From Phoronis australis (taxonomy: Eukaryota > Animalia > Phoronida): 64,000 nucleotides of DNA. The position numbers were made by a program, and so were the translations under genes. Positions 63,995 to 64,000 of the stretch are shown piece by piece. Where the stretch lies: NCBI GenBank assembly GCA_002633005.1, contig NMRA01000615.1, positions 62,001 through 126,000 on the forward strand, read 5' to 3'. Within the stretch, counting starts at the first letter, position 1, and each line of letters begins with the position of its first letter. The notes beneath the pieces were generated by a model. That model worked only from the letters and a program-made list of their open reading frames with translations, searched no databases and was not told the origin of the DNA.

Positions 63995-64000
63995 GTACCA
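63995..64000 (+). CDS. LRP-like exon 13, first 6 nt (G-T-..., expected start of the next EGF); truncated by the window edge
   Basis: Pyrimidine tract + GGCAG acceptor at 63994, phase 1 compatible with exon 12. Only 6 nt are visible. Confidence 0.6.

Overview
AT-rich eukaryotic genomic DNA, probably from a marine invertebrate (taxon inferred from repeat style only). The single well-supported gene is a + strand, multi-exon LDL-receptor-family gene. Twelve complete exons and the start of a 13th run from ATG 34011 to the window end, all with phase-consistent GT-AG junctions (about 667 codons). The product reads signal peptide - EGF - Ca-binding EGF - YWTD propeller - EGF - YWTD propeller - (EGF...). 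It closely resembles the LRP1/vitellogenin-receptor N-terminal region but has no visible N-terminal LDL-A repeats. The first 34 kb and the introns are a mosaic of non-autonomous DNA transposons (hAT-like MITEs with 5/6/8-bp TSDs, Harbinger-like, Kolobok-like, Helentron-associated HINEs), micro/minisatellites and hairpin-ended elements. The most unusual object is a nested palindrome (18243-19286) with a tRNA-like Pol III cassette pointing at its symmetry axis. Nearly all ORFs in the supplied track are spurious or partial exon overlaps. Three single Ns (496, 19068, 35612) mark assembly uncertainty. All calls are by eye; no database search was run.
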